Shown here: piece by piece, positions 39,954-53,896 of the stretch | How positions within the stretch are numbered: the stretch's first letter is position 1 | Layout of the letters: each line of letters begins with the position of its first letter | Source of the DNA: Balanoglossus misakiensis | Lineage: Eukaryota; Animalia; Hemichordata | Direction of reading: 5' to 3' | Assembly: GCA_040954595.2 (NCBI GenBank) | Contig: CM082594.2 | Coordinates: forward strand, 1,878,247 to 1,942,246 | DNA length: 64,000 nt | The notes under the pieces: generated by a model | Told to the model about the DNA's origin: nothing | Database searches by the model: none | Seen by the model: the letters and a program-made list of their open reading frames with translations, nothing else | Program-made: the position numbers and the translations under genes

Positions 39954-40073
39954 AAGCCTACGGCACGTGGTATTCCCAGGCGGTCACCCATCCAAGTACT
40001 AACCACGCCCAACGCAGCTTAACTTCGGTGATCGGACGAGAACCGGTGTATTCGACGTGGTATGGCCGTAGGC
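39954..40073 (-). rRNA. RNA5S: 5S rRNA
   Basis: 120 nt GCCTACGGCCATACCAC...CCGATCACCGAAGTTAAGC...TAGTACTTGGATGGGTGACCGCCTGGGAATACC...GTAGGCTT. Confidence 0.97.
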
Positions 40074-40095
40074 AAACACTGCTTGAATTTCTACG

Positions 40096-40103
40096 ATTAT
40101 TAA
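40096..40103 (-). promoter_or_regulatory. TATA-like element at -30..-23 of 5S (each unit)
   Basis: TTAATAAT on the - strand, at the position typical of 5S upstream elements. Confidence 0.45.
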
Positions 40104-41017
40104 GCAACCGGAAGCTTCACTAACACATAGGCGTACACACAGAGCACGCGGCACGATAATTGTGTGCGTGGCCAGCTGATTGACCGACCCGATCTTATAA
40201 TTTATATGGGAGAGAGCGGTTTTGTCTTGTTATATCCTACAAAAAGTGACCATATTAAAGTGGAGAAATAATGACCTGATAATTTGTGTGGCCGATCGAC
40301 CGTCCCTATCTAAGGCCTATATTGGTATGTTATGCAAGACACACTATTCGAAATAACGCCTGTCCGACAGTCCGAGACTGGTTGTTTTTCCATCAGACTG
40401 ATAGTAAAAAAGTTACCAGTCCGGCGGACAGGTTGAATTTAGCGTGGAGTTGACTTGTTTGCGGTATCATAAACGTACGTGACCCCATCGTGACCCTGGC
40501 TGTCCGGGATAGCACCACCAACGATATCTTTTAGACCATCCTCTGTTTATTAGGCCCCTATTGCAATTAATTACCGTCCCTATCTTATATTGGAGGGAAC
40601 GGGTTTGTCTTGGCATGTTATGCAAAACACTTGAAAGATGAATTTTGTTTTAAAAAAATGACGTTTATGACATACAGATGTAACCGACCCCATAGGGTCC
40701 CAATGGTATATTAACATCATACACCAAATTGGACTTAAAAACCAAAAATTGAAAGCCGCTGGAGTTTCTGCGACTATGAACTCACGTAAGCTGGACACTA
40801 CTCACTCCGAGCCCGACCTGGTAATTTGTATGTTGTCCATCGAGCGCCTATAGCTTAGAGTTATACAGGAGAGAACGGTTTATGAAGTTATGTTCAACAA
40901 AAATATATGATCATGGAATTAAAGAATTTGGAGAAAAAAAATATAATTAAAAATGGACGTTTACGACGACAAAAAGGAAGACTGTTTAATGCAAAAGTTA
41001 AGAAACAGGAAAAATTC

Positions 41018-41137
41018 AAGCCTACGGCACGTGGTATTCCCAGGCGGTCACCCATCCAAGTACTAACCACGCCCAACGCAGCTTAACTTCGGTGATCGGA
41101 CGAGAACCGGTGTATTCGACGTGGTATGGCCGTAGGC
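41018..41137 (-). rRNA. RNA5S: 5S rRNA
   Basis: Array copy. Confidence 0.97.
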
Positions 41138-42080
41138 AAACACTGCTTGAATTTCTACGATTATTAAGCAACCGGAAGCTTCACTAACACATAGGCGTAC
41201 ACACAGAGCACGCGGCACGATAATTGTGTGCGTGGCCAGCTGATTGACCGACCCGATCTTATAATTTATATGGGAGAGAGCGGTTTTGTCTTGTTATATC
41301 CTACAAAAAGTGACCATATTAAAGTGGAGAAATAATGACCTGATAATTTGTGTGGCCGATCGACCGTCCCTATCTAAGGCCTATATTGGTATGTTATGCA
41401 AGACACACTATTCGAAATAACGCCTGTCCGACAGTCCGAGACTGGTTGTTTTTCCATCAGACTGATAGTAAAAAAGTTACCAGTCCGGCGGACAGGTTGA
41501 ATTTAGCGTGGAGTTGACTTGTTTGCGGTATCATAGACGTACGTGACCCCATCGTGACCCTGGCTGTCCGGGATAGCACCACCAACGATATCTTTTAGAC
41601 CATCCTCTGTTTATTAGGCCCCTATTGCAATTAATTACCGTCCCTATCTTATATTGGAGGGAACGGGTTTGTCTTGGCATGTTATGCAAAACACTTGAAA
41701 GATGAATTTTGTTTTAAAAAAATGACGTTTATGACATACAGATGTAACCGACCCCATAGGGTCCCAATGGTATATTAACATCATACACCAAATTGGACTT
41801 AAAAACCAAAAATTGAAAGCCGCTGGAGTTTCTGCGACTATGAACTCACGTAAGCTGGACACTACTCACTCCGAGCCCGACCTGGTAATTTGTATGTTGT
41901 CCATCGAGCGCCTATAGCTTAGAGTTATACAGGAGAGAACGGTTTATGAAGTTATATTCAACAAAAATATATGATCATGGAATTAAAGAATTTGGAGAAA
42001 AAAATATAATTAAAAATGGACGTTTACGACGACAAAAAGGAAGACTGTTTAATGCAAAAGTTAAGAAACAGGAAAAATTC

Positions 42081-42200
42081 AAGCCTACGGCACGTGGTAT
42101 TCCCAGGCGGTCACCCATCCAAGTACTAACCACGCCCAACGCAGCTTAACTTCGGTGATCGGACGAGAACCGGTGTATTCGACGTGGTATGGCCGTAGGC
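42081..42200 (-). rRNA. RNA5S: 5S rRNA
   Basis: Array copy. Confidence 0.97.
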
Positions 42201-43144
42201 AAACACTGCTTGAATTTCTACGATTATTAAGCAACCGGAAGCTTCACTAACACATAGGCGTACACACAGAGCACGCGGCACGATAATTGTGTGCGTGGCC
42301 AGCTGATTGACCGACCCGATCTTATAATTTATATGGGAGAGAGCGGTTTTGTCTTGTTATATCCTACAAAAAGTGACCATATTAAAGTGGAGAAATAATG
42401 ACCTGATAATTTGTGTGGCCGATCGACCGTCCCTATCTAAGGCCTATATTGGTATGTTATGCAAGACACACTATTCGAAATAACGCCTGTCCGACAGTCC
42501 GAGACTGGTTGTTTTTCCATCAGACTGATAGTAAAAAAGTTACCAGTCCGGCGGACAGGTTGAATTTAGCGTGGAGTTGACTTGTTTGCGGTATCATAGA
42601 CGTACGTGACCCCATCGTGACCCTGGCTGTCCGGGATAGCACCACCAACGATATCTTTTAGACCATCCTCTGTTTATTAGGCCCCTATTGCAATTAATTA
42701 CCGTCCCTATCTTATATTGGAGGGAACGGGTTTGTCTTGGCATGTTATGCAAAACACTTGAAAGATGAATTTTGTTTTAAAAAAATGACGTTTATGACAT
42801 ACAGATGTAACCGACCCCATAGGGTCCCAATGGTATATTAACATCATACACCAAATTGGACTTAAAAACCAAAAATTGAAAGCCGCTGGAGTTTCTGCGA
42901 CTATGAACTCACGTAAGCTGGACACTACTCACTCCGAGCCCGACCTGGTAATTTGTATGTTGTCCATCGAGCGCCTATAGCTTAGAGTTATACAGGAGAG
43001 AACGGTTTATGAAGTTATGTTCAACAAAAATATATGATCATGGAATTAAAGAATTTGGAGAAAAAAAATATAATTAAAAATGGACGTTTACGACGACAAA
43101 AAGGAAGACTGTTTAATGCAAAAGTTAAGAAACAGGAAAAATTC

Positions 43145-43264
43145 AAGCCTACGGCACGTGGTATTCCCAGGCGGTCACCCATCCAAGTACTAACCACGCC
43201 CAACGCAGCTTAACTTCGGTGATCGGACGAGAACCGGTGTATTCGACGTGGTATGGCCGTAGGC
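43145..43264 (-). rRNA. RNA5S: 5S rRNA
   Basis: Array copy. Confidence 0.97.
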
Positions 43265-44208
43265 AAAAACTGCTTGAATTTCTACGATTATTAAGCAAAC
43301 GGAAGCTTCACTAACACATAGGCGTACACACAGAGCACGCGGCACGATAATTGTGTGCGTGGCCAGCTGATTGACCGACCCGATCTTATAATTTATATGG
43401 GAGAGAGCGGTTTTGTCTTGTTATATCCTACAAAAAGTGACCATATTAAAGTGGAGAAATAATGACCTGATAATTTGTGTGGCCGATCGACCGTCCCTAT
43501 CTAAGGCCTATATTGGTATGTTATGCAAGACACACTATTCGAAATAACGCCTGTCCGACAGTCCGAGACTGGTTGTTTTTCCATCAGACTGATAGTAAAA
43601 AAGTTACCAGTCCGGCGGACAGGTTGAATTTAGCGTGGAGTTGACTTGTTTGCGGTATCATAGACGTACGTGACCCCATCGTGACCCTGGCTGTCCGGGA
43701 TAGCACCACCAACGATATCTTTTAGACCATCCTCTGTTTATTAGGCCCCTATTGCAATTAATTACCGTCCCTATCTTATATTGGAGGGAACGGGTTTGTC
43801 TTGGCATGTTATGCAAAACACTTGAAAGATGAATTTTGTTTTTAAAAAATGACGTTTATGACATACAGATGTAACCGACCCCATAGGGTCCCAATGGTAT
43901 ATTAACATCATACACCAAATTGGACTTAAAAACCAAAAATTGAAAGCCGCTGGAGTTTCTGCGACTATGAACTCACGTAAGCTGGACACTACTCACTCCG
44001 AGCCCGACCTGGTAATTTGTATGTTGTCCATCGAGCGCCTATAGCTTAGAGTTATACAGGAGAGAACGGTTTATGAAGTTATGTTCAACAAAAATATATG
44101 ATCATGGAATTAAAGAATTTGGAGAAAAAAAATATAATTAAAAATGGACGTTTACGACGACAAAAAGGAAGACTGTTTAATGCAAAAGTTAAGAAACAGG
44201 AAAAATTC

Positions 44209-44328
44209 AAGCCTACGGCACGTGGTATTCCCAGGCGGTCACCCATCCAAGTACTAACCACGCCCAACGCAGCTTAACTTCGGTGATCGGACGAGAACCG
44301 GTGTATTCGACGTGGTATGGCCGTAGGC
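44209..44328 (-). rRNA. RNA5S: 5S rRNA
   Basis: Array copy. Confidence 0.97.
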
Positions 44329-45272
44329 AAACACTGCTTGAATTTCTACGATTATTAAGCAACCGGAAGCTTCACTAACACATAGGCGTACACACAGAGC
44401 ACGCGGCACGATAATTGTGTGCGTGGCCAGCTGATTGACCGACCCTATCTTATAATTTATATGGGAGAGAGCGGTTTTGTCTTGTTATATCCTACAAAAA
44501 GTGACCATATTAAAGTGGAGAAATAATGACCTGATAATTTGTGTGGCCGATCGACCGTCCCTATCTAAGGCCTATATTGGTATGTTATGCAAGACACACT
44601 ATTCGAAATAACGCCTGTCCGACAGTCCGAGACTGGTTGTTTTTCCATCAGACTGATAGTAAAAAAGTTACCAGTCCGGCGGACAGGTTGAATTTAGCGT
44701 GGAGTTGACTTGTTTGCGGTATCATAGACGTACGTGACCCCATCGTGACCCTGGCTGTCCGGGATAGCACCACCAACGATATCTTTTAGACCATCCTCTG
44801 TTTATTAGGCCCCTATTGCAATTAATTACCGTCCCTATCTTATATTGGAGGGAACGGGTTTGTCTTGGCATGTTATGCAAAACACTTGAAAGATGAATTT
44901 TGTTTTAAAAAAATGACGTTTATGACATACAGATGTAACCGACCCCATAGGGTCCCAATGGTATATTAACATCATACACCAAATTGGACTTAAAAACCAA
45001 AAATTGAAAGCCGCTTGAGTTTCTGCGACTATGAACTCACGTAAGCTGGACACTACTCACTCCGAGCCCGACCTGGTAATTTGTATGTTGTCCATCGAGC
45101 GCCTATAGCTTAGAGTTATACAGGAGAGAACGGTTTATGAAGTTATGTTCAACAAAAATATATGATCATGGAATTAAAGAATTTGGAGAAAAAAAATATA
45201 ATTAAAAATGGACGTTTACGACGACAAAAAGGAAGACTGTTTAATGCAAAAGTTAAGAAACAGGAAAAATTC

Positions 45273-45392
45273 AAGCCTACGGCACGTGGTATTCCCAGGC
45301 GGTCACCCATCCAAGTACTAACCACGCCCAACGCAGCTTAACTTCGGTGATCGGACGAGAACCGGTGTATTCGACGTGGTATGGCCGTAGGC
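45273..45392 (-). rRNA. RNA5S: 5S rRNA
   Basis: Array copy. Confidence 0.97.
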
Positions 45393-46336
45393 AAACACTG
45401 CTTGGATTTCTACGATTATTAAGCAAACGGAAGCTTCACTAACACATAGGCGTACACACAGAGCACGCGGCACGATAATTGTGTGCGTGGCCAGCTGATT
45501 GACCGACCCGATCTTATAATTTATATGGGAGAGAGCGGTTTTGTCTTGTTATATCCTACAAAAAGTGACCATAGTAAAGTGGAGAAATAATGACCTGATA
45601 ATTTGTGTGGCCGATCGACCGTCCCTATCTAAGGCCTATATTGGTATGTTATGCAAGACACACTATTCGAAATAACGCCTGTCCGACAGTCCGAGACTGG
45701 TTGTTTTTCCATCAGACTGATAGTAAAAAAGTTACCAGTCCGGCGGACAGGTTGAATTTAGCGTGGAGTTGACTTGTTTGCGGTATCATAGACGTACGTG
45801 ACCCCATCGTGACCCTGGCTGTCCGGGATAGCACCACCAACGATATCTTTTAGACCATCCTCTGTTTATTAGGCCCCTATTGCAATTAATTACCGTCCCT
45901 ATCTTATATTGGAGGGAACGGGTTTGTCTTGGCATGTTATGCAAAACACTTGAAAGATGAATTTTGTTTTAAAAAAATGACGTTTATGACATACAGATGT
46001 AACCGACCCCATAGGGTCCCAATGGTATATTAACATCATACACCAAATTGGACTTAAAAACCAAAAATTGAAAGCCGCTGGAGTTTCTGCGACTATGAAC
46101 TCACGGAAGCTGGACACTACTCACTCCGAGCCCGACCTGGTAATTTGTATGTTGTCCATCGAGCGCCTATAGCTTAGAGTTATACAGGAGAGAACGGTTT
46201 ATGAAGTTATGTTCAACAAAAATATATGATCATGGAATTAAAGAATTTGGAGAAAAAAAATATAATTAAAAATGGACGTTTACGACGACAAAAAGGAAGA
46301 CTGTTTAATGCAAAAGTTAAGAAACAGGAAAAATTC

Positions 46337-46456
46337 AAGCCTACGGCACGTGGTATTCCCAGGCGGTCACCCATCCAAGTACTAACCACGCCCAACGCAG
46401 CTTAACTTCGGTGATCGGACGAGAACCGGTGTATTCGACGTGGTATGGCCGTAGGC
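46337..46456 (-). rRNA. RNA5S: 5S rRNA
   Basis: Array copy. Confidence 0.97.
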
Positions 46457-47392
46457 AAACACTGCTTGAATTTCTACGATTATTAAGCAAACGGAAGCTT
46501 CACTAACACATAGGCGTACACACAGAGCACGCGGCACGATAATTGTGTGCGTGGCCAGCTGATTGACCGACCCGATCTTATAATTTATATGGGAGAGAGC
46601 GGTTTTGTCTTGTTATATCCTACAAAAAGTGACCATATTAAAGTGGAGAAATAATGACCTGATAATTTGTGTGGCCGATCGACCGTCCCTATCTAAGGCC
46701 TATATTGGTATGTTATGCAAGACACACTATTCGAAATAACGCCTGTCCGAGACTGGTTGTTTTTCCATCAGACTGATAGTAAAAAAGTTACCAGTCCGGC
46801 GGACAGGTTGAATTTAGCGTGGAGTTGACTTGTTTGCGGTATCATAGACGTACGTGACCCCATCGTGACCCTGGCTGTCCGGGATAGCACCACCAACGAT
46901 ATCTTTTAGACCATCCTCTGTTTATTAGGCCCATATTGCAATTAATTACCGTCCCTATCTTATATTGGAGGGAACGGGTTTGTCTTGGCATGTTATGCAA
47001 AACACTTGAAAGATGAATTTTGTTTTTAAAAAATGACGTTTATGACATACAGATGTAACCGACCCCATAGGGTCCCAATGGTATATTAACATCATACACC
47101 AAATTGGACTTAAAAACCAAAAATTGAAAGCCGCTGGAGTTTCTGCGACTATGAACTCACGTAAGCTGGACACTACTCACTCCGAGCCCGACCTGGTAAT
47201 TTGTATGTTGTCCATCGAGCGCCTATAGCTTAGAGTTATACAGGAGAGAACGGTTTATGAAGTTATGTTCAACAAAAATATATGATCATGGAATTAAAGA
47301 ATTTGGAGAAAAAAAATATAATTAAAAATGGACGTTTACGACGACAAAAAGGAAGACTGTTTAATGCAAAAGTTAAGAAACAGGAAAAATTC

Positions 47393-47512
47393 AAGCCTAC
47401 GGCACGTGGTATTCCCAGGCGGTCACCCATCCAAGTACTAACCACGCCCAACGCAGCTTAACTTCGGTGATCGGACGAGAACCGGTGTATTCGACGTGGT
47501 ATGGCCGTAGGC
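47393..47512 (-). rRNA. RNA5S: 5S rRNA
   Basis: Array copy. Confidence 0.97.
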
Positions 47513-48456
47513 AAACACTGCTTGAATTTCTACGATTATTAAGCAAACGGAAGCTTCACTAACACATAGGCGTACACACAGAGCACGCGGCACGATAATT
47601 GTGTGCGTGGCCAGCTGATTGACCGACCCGATCTTATAATTTATATGGGAGAGAGCGGTTTTGTCTTGTTATATCCTACAAAAAGTGACCATATTAAAGT
47701 GGAGAAATAATGACCTGATAATTTGTGTGGCCGATCGACCGTCCCTATCTAAGGCCTATATTGGTATGTTATGCAAGACACACTATTCGAAATAACGCCT
47801 GTCCGACAGTCCGAGACTGGTTGTTTTTCCATCAGACTGATAGTAAAAAAATTACCAGTCCGGCGGACAGGTTGAATTTAGCGTGGAGTTGACTTGTTTG
47901 CGGTATCATACACGTACGTGACCCCATCGTGACCCTGGCTGTCCGGGATAGCACCACCAACGATATCTTTTAGACCATCCTCTGTTTATTAGGCCCCTAT
48001 TGCAATTAATTACCGTCCCTATCTTATATTGGAGGGAACGGGTTTGTCTTGGCATGTTATGCAAAACACTTGAAAGATGAATTTTGTTTTAAAAAAATGA
48101 CGTTTATGACATACAGATGTAACCGACCCCATAGGGTCCCAATGGTATATTAACATCATACACCAAATTGGACTTAAAAACCAAAAATTGAAAGCCGCTG
48201 GAGTTTCTGCGACTATGAACTCACGTAAGCTGGACACTACTCACTCCGAGCCCGACCTGGTAATTTGTATGTTGTCCATCGAGCGCCTATAGCTTAGAGT
48301 TATACAGGAGTGAACGGTTTATGAAGTTATGTTCAACAAAAATATATGATCATGGAATTAAAGAATTTGGAGAAAAAAAATATAATTAAAAATGGACGTT
48401 TACGACGACAAAAAGGAAGACTGTTTAATGCAAAAGTTAAGAAACAGGAAAAATTC

Positions 48457-48576
48457 AAGCCTACGGCACGTGGTATTCCCAGGTGGTCACCCATCCAAGT
48501 ACTAACCACGCCCAACGCAGCTTAACTTCGGTGATCGGACGAGAACCGGTGTATTCGACGTGGTATGGCCGTAGGC
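48457..48576 (-). rRNA. RNA5S: 5S rRNA (G93A variant)
   Basis: Array copy with GACCACC. Confidence 0.96.
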
Positions 48577-49520
48577 AAACACTGCTTGAATTTCTACGAT
48601 TATTAAGCAACCGGAAGCTTCACTAACACATAGGCGTACACACAGAGCACGCGGCACGATAATTGTGTGCGTGGCCAGCTGATTGACCGACCCGATCTTA
48701 TAATTTATATGGGAGAGAGCGGTTTTGTCTTGTTATATCCTACAAAAAGTGACCATATTAAAGTGGAGAAATAATGACCTGATAATTTGTGTGGCCGATC
48801 GACCGTCCCTATCTAAGGCCTATATTGGTATGTTATGCAAGACACACTATTCGAAATAACGCCTGTCCGACAGTCCGAGACTGGTTGTTTTCCCATCAGA
48901 CTGATAGTAAAAAAGTTACCAGTCCGGCGGACAGGTTGAATTTAGCGTGGAGTTGACTTGTTTGCGGTATCATAGACGTACGTGACCCCATCGTGACCCT
49001 GGCTGTCCGGGATAGCACCACCAACGATATCTTTTAGACCATCCTCTGTTTATTAGGCCCCTATTGCAATTAATTACCGTCCCTATCTTATATTGGAGGG
49101 AACGGGTTTGTCTTGGCATGTTATGCAAAACACTTGAAAGATGAATTTTGTTTTTAAAAAATGACGTTTATGACATACAGATGTAACCGACCCCATAGGG
49201 TCCCAATGGTATATTAACATCATACACCAAATTGGACTTAAAAACCAAAAATTGAAAGCAGCTGGAGTTTCTGCGACTATGAACTCACGTAAGCTGGACA
49301 CTACTCACTCCGAGCCCGACCTGGTAATTTGTATGTTGTCCATCGAGCGCCTATAGCTTAGAGTTATACAGGAGAGAACGGTTTATGAAGTTATGTTCAA
49401 CAAAAATATATGATCATGGAATTAAAGAATTTGGAGAAAAAAAATATAATTAAAAATGGACGTTTACGACGACAAAAAGGAAGACTGTTTAATGCAAAAG
49501 TTAAGAAACAGGAAAAATTC

Positions 49521-49640
49521 AAGCCTACGGCACGTGGTATTCCCAGGCGGTCACCCATCCAAGTACTAACCACGCCCAACGCAGCTTAACTTCGGTGATC
49601 GGACGAGAACCGGTGTATTCGACGTGGTATGGCCGTAGGC
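49521..49640 (-). rRNA. RNA5S: 5S rRNA
   Basis: Array copy. Confidence 0.97.
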
Positions 49641-50584
49641 AAACACTGCTTGAATTTCTACGATTATTAAGCAAACGGAAGCTTCACTAACACATAGGCG
49701 TACACACAGAGCACGCGGCACGATAATTGTGTGCGTGGCCAGCTGATTGACCGACCCGATCTTATAATTTATATGGGAGAGAGCGGTTTTGTCTTGTTAT
49801 ATCCTACAAAAAGTGACCATATTAAAGTGGAGAAATAATGACCTGATAATTTGTGTGGCCGATCGACCGTCCCTATCTAAGGCCTATATTGGTATGTTAT
49901 GCAAGACACACTATTCGAAATAACGCCTGTCCGACAGTCCGAGACTGGTTGTTTTTCCATCAGACTGATAGTAAAAAAGTTACCAGTCCGGCGGACAGGT
50001 TGAATTTAGCGTGGAGTTGACTTGTTTGCGGTATCATAGACGTACGTGACCCCATCGTGACCCTGGCTGTCCGGGATAGCACCACCAACGATATCTTTTA
50101 GACCATCCTCTGTTTATTAGGCCCCTATTGCAATTAATTACCGTCCCTATCTTATATTGGAGGGAACGGGTTTGTCTTGGCATGTTATGCAAAACACTTG
50201 AAAGATGAATTTTGTTTTTAAAAAATGACGTTTATGACATACAGATGTAACCGACCCCATAGGGTCCCAATGGTATATTAACATCATACACCAAATTGGA
50301 CTTAAAAACCAAAAATTGAAAGCCGCTGGAGTTTCTGCGACTATGAACTCACGTAAGCTGGACACTACTCACTCCGAGCCCGACCTGGTAATTTGTATGT
50401 TGTCCATCGAGCGCCTATAGCTTAGAGTTATACAGGAGTGAACGGTTTATGAAGTTATGTTCAACAAAAATATATGATCATGGAATTAAAGAATTTGGAG
50501 AAAAAAAATATAATTAAAAATGGACGTTTACGACGACAAAAAGGAAGACTGTTTAATGCAAAAGTTAAGAAACAGGAAAAATTC

Positions 50585-50704
50585 AAGCCTACGGCACGTG
50601 GTATTCCCAGGTGGTCACCCATCCAAGTACTAACCACGCCCAACGCAGCTTAACTTCGGTGATCGGACGAGAACCGGTGTATTCGACGTGGTATGGCCGT
50701 AGGC
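50585..50704 (-). rRNA. RNA5S: 5S rRNA (G93A variant)
   Basis: Array copy with GACCACC. Confidence 0.96.
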
Positions 50705-51648
50705 AAACACTGCTTGAATTTCTACGATTATTAAGCAACCGGAAGCTTCACTAACACATAGGCGTACACACAGAGCACGCGGCACGATAATTGTGTGCGT
50801 GGCCAGCTGATTGACCGACCCGATCTTATAATTTATATGGGAGAGAGCGGTTTTGTCTTGTTATATCCTACAAAAAGTGACCATATTAAAGTGGAGAAAT
50901 AATGACCTGATAATTTGTGTGGCCGATCGACCGTCCCTATCTAAGGCCTATATTGGTATGTTATGCAAGACACACTATTCGAAATAACGCCTGTCCGACA
51001 GTCCGAGACTGGTTGTTTTTCCATCAGACTGATAGTAAAAAAGTTACCAGTCCGGCGGACAGGTTGAATTTAGCGTGGAGTTGACTTGTTTGCGGTATCA
51101 TAGACGTACGTGACCCCATCGTGACCCTGGCTGTCCGGGATAGCACCACCAACGATATCTTTTAGACCATCCTCTGTTTATTAGGCCCCTATTGCAATTA
51201 ATTACCGTCCCTATCTTATATTGGAGGGAACGGGTTTGTCTTGGCATGTTATGCAAAACACTTGAAAGATGAATTTTGTTTTTAAAAAATGACGTTTATG
51301 ACATACAGATGTAACCGACCCCATAGGGTCCCAATGGTATATTAACATCATACACCAAATTGGACTTAAAAACCAAAAATTGAAAGCAGCTGGAGTTTCT
51401 GCGACTATGAACTCACGTAAGCTGGACACTACTCACTCCGAGCCCGACCTGGTAATTTGTATGTTGTCCATCGAGCGCCTATAGCTTAGAGTTATACAGG
51501 AGAGAACGGTTTATGAAGTTATGTTCAACAAAAATATATGATCATGGAATTAAAGAATTTGGAGAAAAAAAATATAATTAAAAATGGACGTTTACGACGA
51601 CAAAAAGGAAGACTGTTTAATGCAAAAGTTAAGAAACAGGAAAAATTC

Positions 51649-51768
51649 AAGCCTACGGCACGTGGTATTCCCAGGCGGTCACCCATCCAAGTACTAACCA
51701 CGCCCAACGCAGCTTAACTTCGGTGATCGGACGAGAACCGGTGTATTCGACGTGGTATGGCCGTAGGC
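51649..51768 (-). rRNA. RNA5S: 5S rRNA
   Basis: Array copy. Confidence 0.97.
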
Positions 51769-52712
51769 AAACACTGCTTGAATTTCTACGATTATTAAGC
51801 AAACGGAAGCTGCACTAACACATAGGCGTACACACAGAGCACGCGGCACGATAATTGTGTGCGTGGCCAGCTGATTGACCGACCCGATCTTATAATTTAT
51901 ATGGGAGAGAGCGGTTTTGTCTTGTTATATCCTACAAAAAGTGACCATATTAAAGTGGAGAAATAATGACCTGATAATTTGTGTGGCCGATCGACCGTCC
52001 CTATCTAAGGCCTATATTGGTATGTTATGCAAGACACACTATTCGAAATAACGCCTGTCCGACAGTCCGAGACTGGTTGTTTTTCCATCAGACTGATAGT
52101 AAAAAAGTTACCAGTCCGGCGGACAGGTTGAATTTAGCGTGGAGTTGACTTGTTTGCGGTATCATAGACGTACGTGACCCCATCGTGACCCTGGCTGTCC
52201 GGGATAGCACCACCAACGATATCTTTTAGACCATCCTCTGTTTATTAGGCCCCTATTGCAATTAATTACCGTCCCTATCTTATATTGGAGGGAACGGGTT
52301 TGTCTTGGCATGTTATGCAAAACACTTGAAAGATGAATTTTGTTTTTAAAAAATGACGTTTATGACATACAGATGTAACCGACCCCATAGGGTCCCAATG
52401 GTATATTAACATCATACACCAAATTGGACTTAAAAACCAAAAATTGAAAGCCGCTGGAGTTTCTGCGACTATGAACTCACGTAAGCTGGACACTACTCAC
52501 TCCGAGCCCGACCTGGTAATTTGTATGTTGTCCATCGAGCGCCTATAGCTTAGAGTTATACAGGAGTGAACGGTTTATGAAGTTATGTTCAACAAAAATA
52601 TATGATCATGGAATTAAAGAATTTGGAGAAAAAAAATATAATTAAAAATGGACGTTTACGACGACAAAAAGGAAGACTGTTTAATGCAAAAGTTAAGAAA
52701 CAGGAAAAATTC

Positions 52713-52832
52713 AAGCCTACGGCACGTGGTATTCCCAGGTGGTCACCCATCCAAGTACTAACCACGCCCAACGCAGCTTAACTTCGGTGATCGGACGAGA
52801 ACCGGTGTATTCGACGTGGTATGGCCGTAGGC
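52713..52832 (-). rRNA. RNA5S: 5S rRNA (G93A variant)
   Basis: Array copy with GACCACC. Confidence 0.96.
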
Positions 52833-53776
52833 AAACACTGCTTGAATTTCTACGATTATTAAGCAACCGGAAGCTTCACTAACACATAGGCGTACACACA
52901 GAGCACGCGGCACGATAATTGTGTGCGTGGCCAGCTGATTGACCGACCCGATCTTATAATTTATATGGGAGAGAGCGGTTTTGTCTTGTTATATCCTACA
53001 AAAAGTGACCATATTAAAGTGGAGAAATAATGACCTGATAATTTGTGTGGCCGATCGACCGTCCCTATCTAAGGCCTATATTGGTATGTTATGCAAGACA
53101 CACTATTCGAAATAACGCCTGTCCGACAGTCCGAGACTGGTTGTTTTTCCATCAGACTGATAGTAAAAAAGTTACCAGTCCGGCGGACAGGTTGAATTTA
53201 GCGTGGAGTTGACTTGTTTGCGGTATCATAGACGTACGTGACCCCATCGTGACCCTGGCTGTCCGGGATAGCACCACCAACGATATCTTTTAGACCATCC
53301 TCTGTTTATTAGGCCCCTATTGCAATTAATTACCGTCCCTATCTTATATTGGAGGGAACGGGTTTGTCTTGGCATGTTATGCAAAACACTTGAAAGATGA
53401 ATTTTGTTTTTAAAAAATGACGTTTATGACATACAGATGTAACCGACCCCATAGGGTCCCAATGGTATATTAACATCATACACCAAATTGGACTTAAAAA
53501 CCAAAAATTGAAAGCAGCTGGAGTTTCTGCGACTATGAACTCACGTAAGCTGGACACTACTCACTCCGAGCCCGACCTGGTAATTTGTATGTTGTCCATC
53601 GAGCGCCTATAGCTTAGAGTTATACAGGAGAGAACGGTTTATGAAGTTATGTTCAACAAAAATATATGATCATGGAATTAAAGAATTTGGAGAAAAAAAA
53701 TATAATTAAAAATGGACGTTTACGACGACAAAAAGGAAGACTGTTTAATGCAAAAGTTAAGAAACAGGAAAAATTC

Positions 53777-53896
53777 AAGCCTACGGCACGTGGTATTCCC
53801 AGGCGGTCACCCATCCAAGTACTAACCACGCCCAACGCAGCTTAACTTCGGTGATCGGACGAGAACCGGTGTATTCGACGTGGTATGGCCGTAGGC
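53777..53896 (-). rRNA. RNA5S: 5S rRNA
   Basis: Array copy. Confidence 0.97.
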
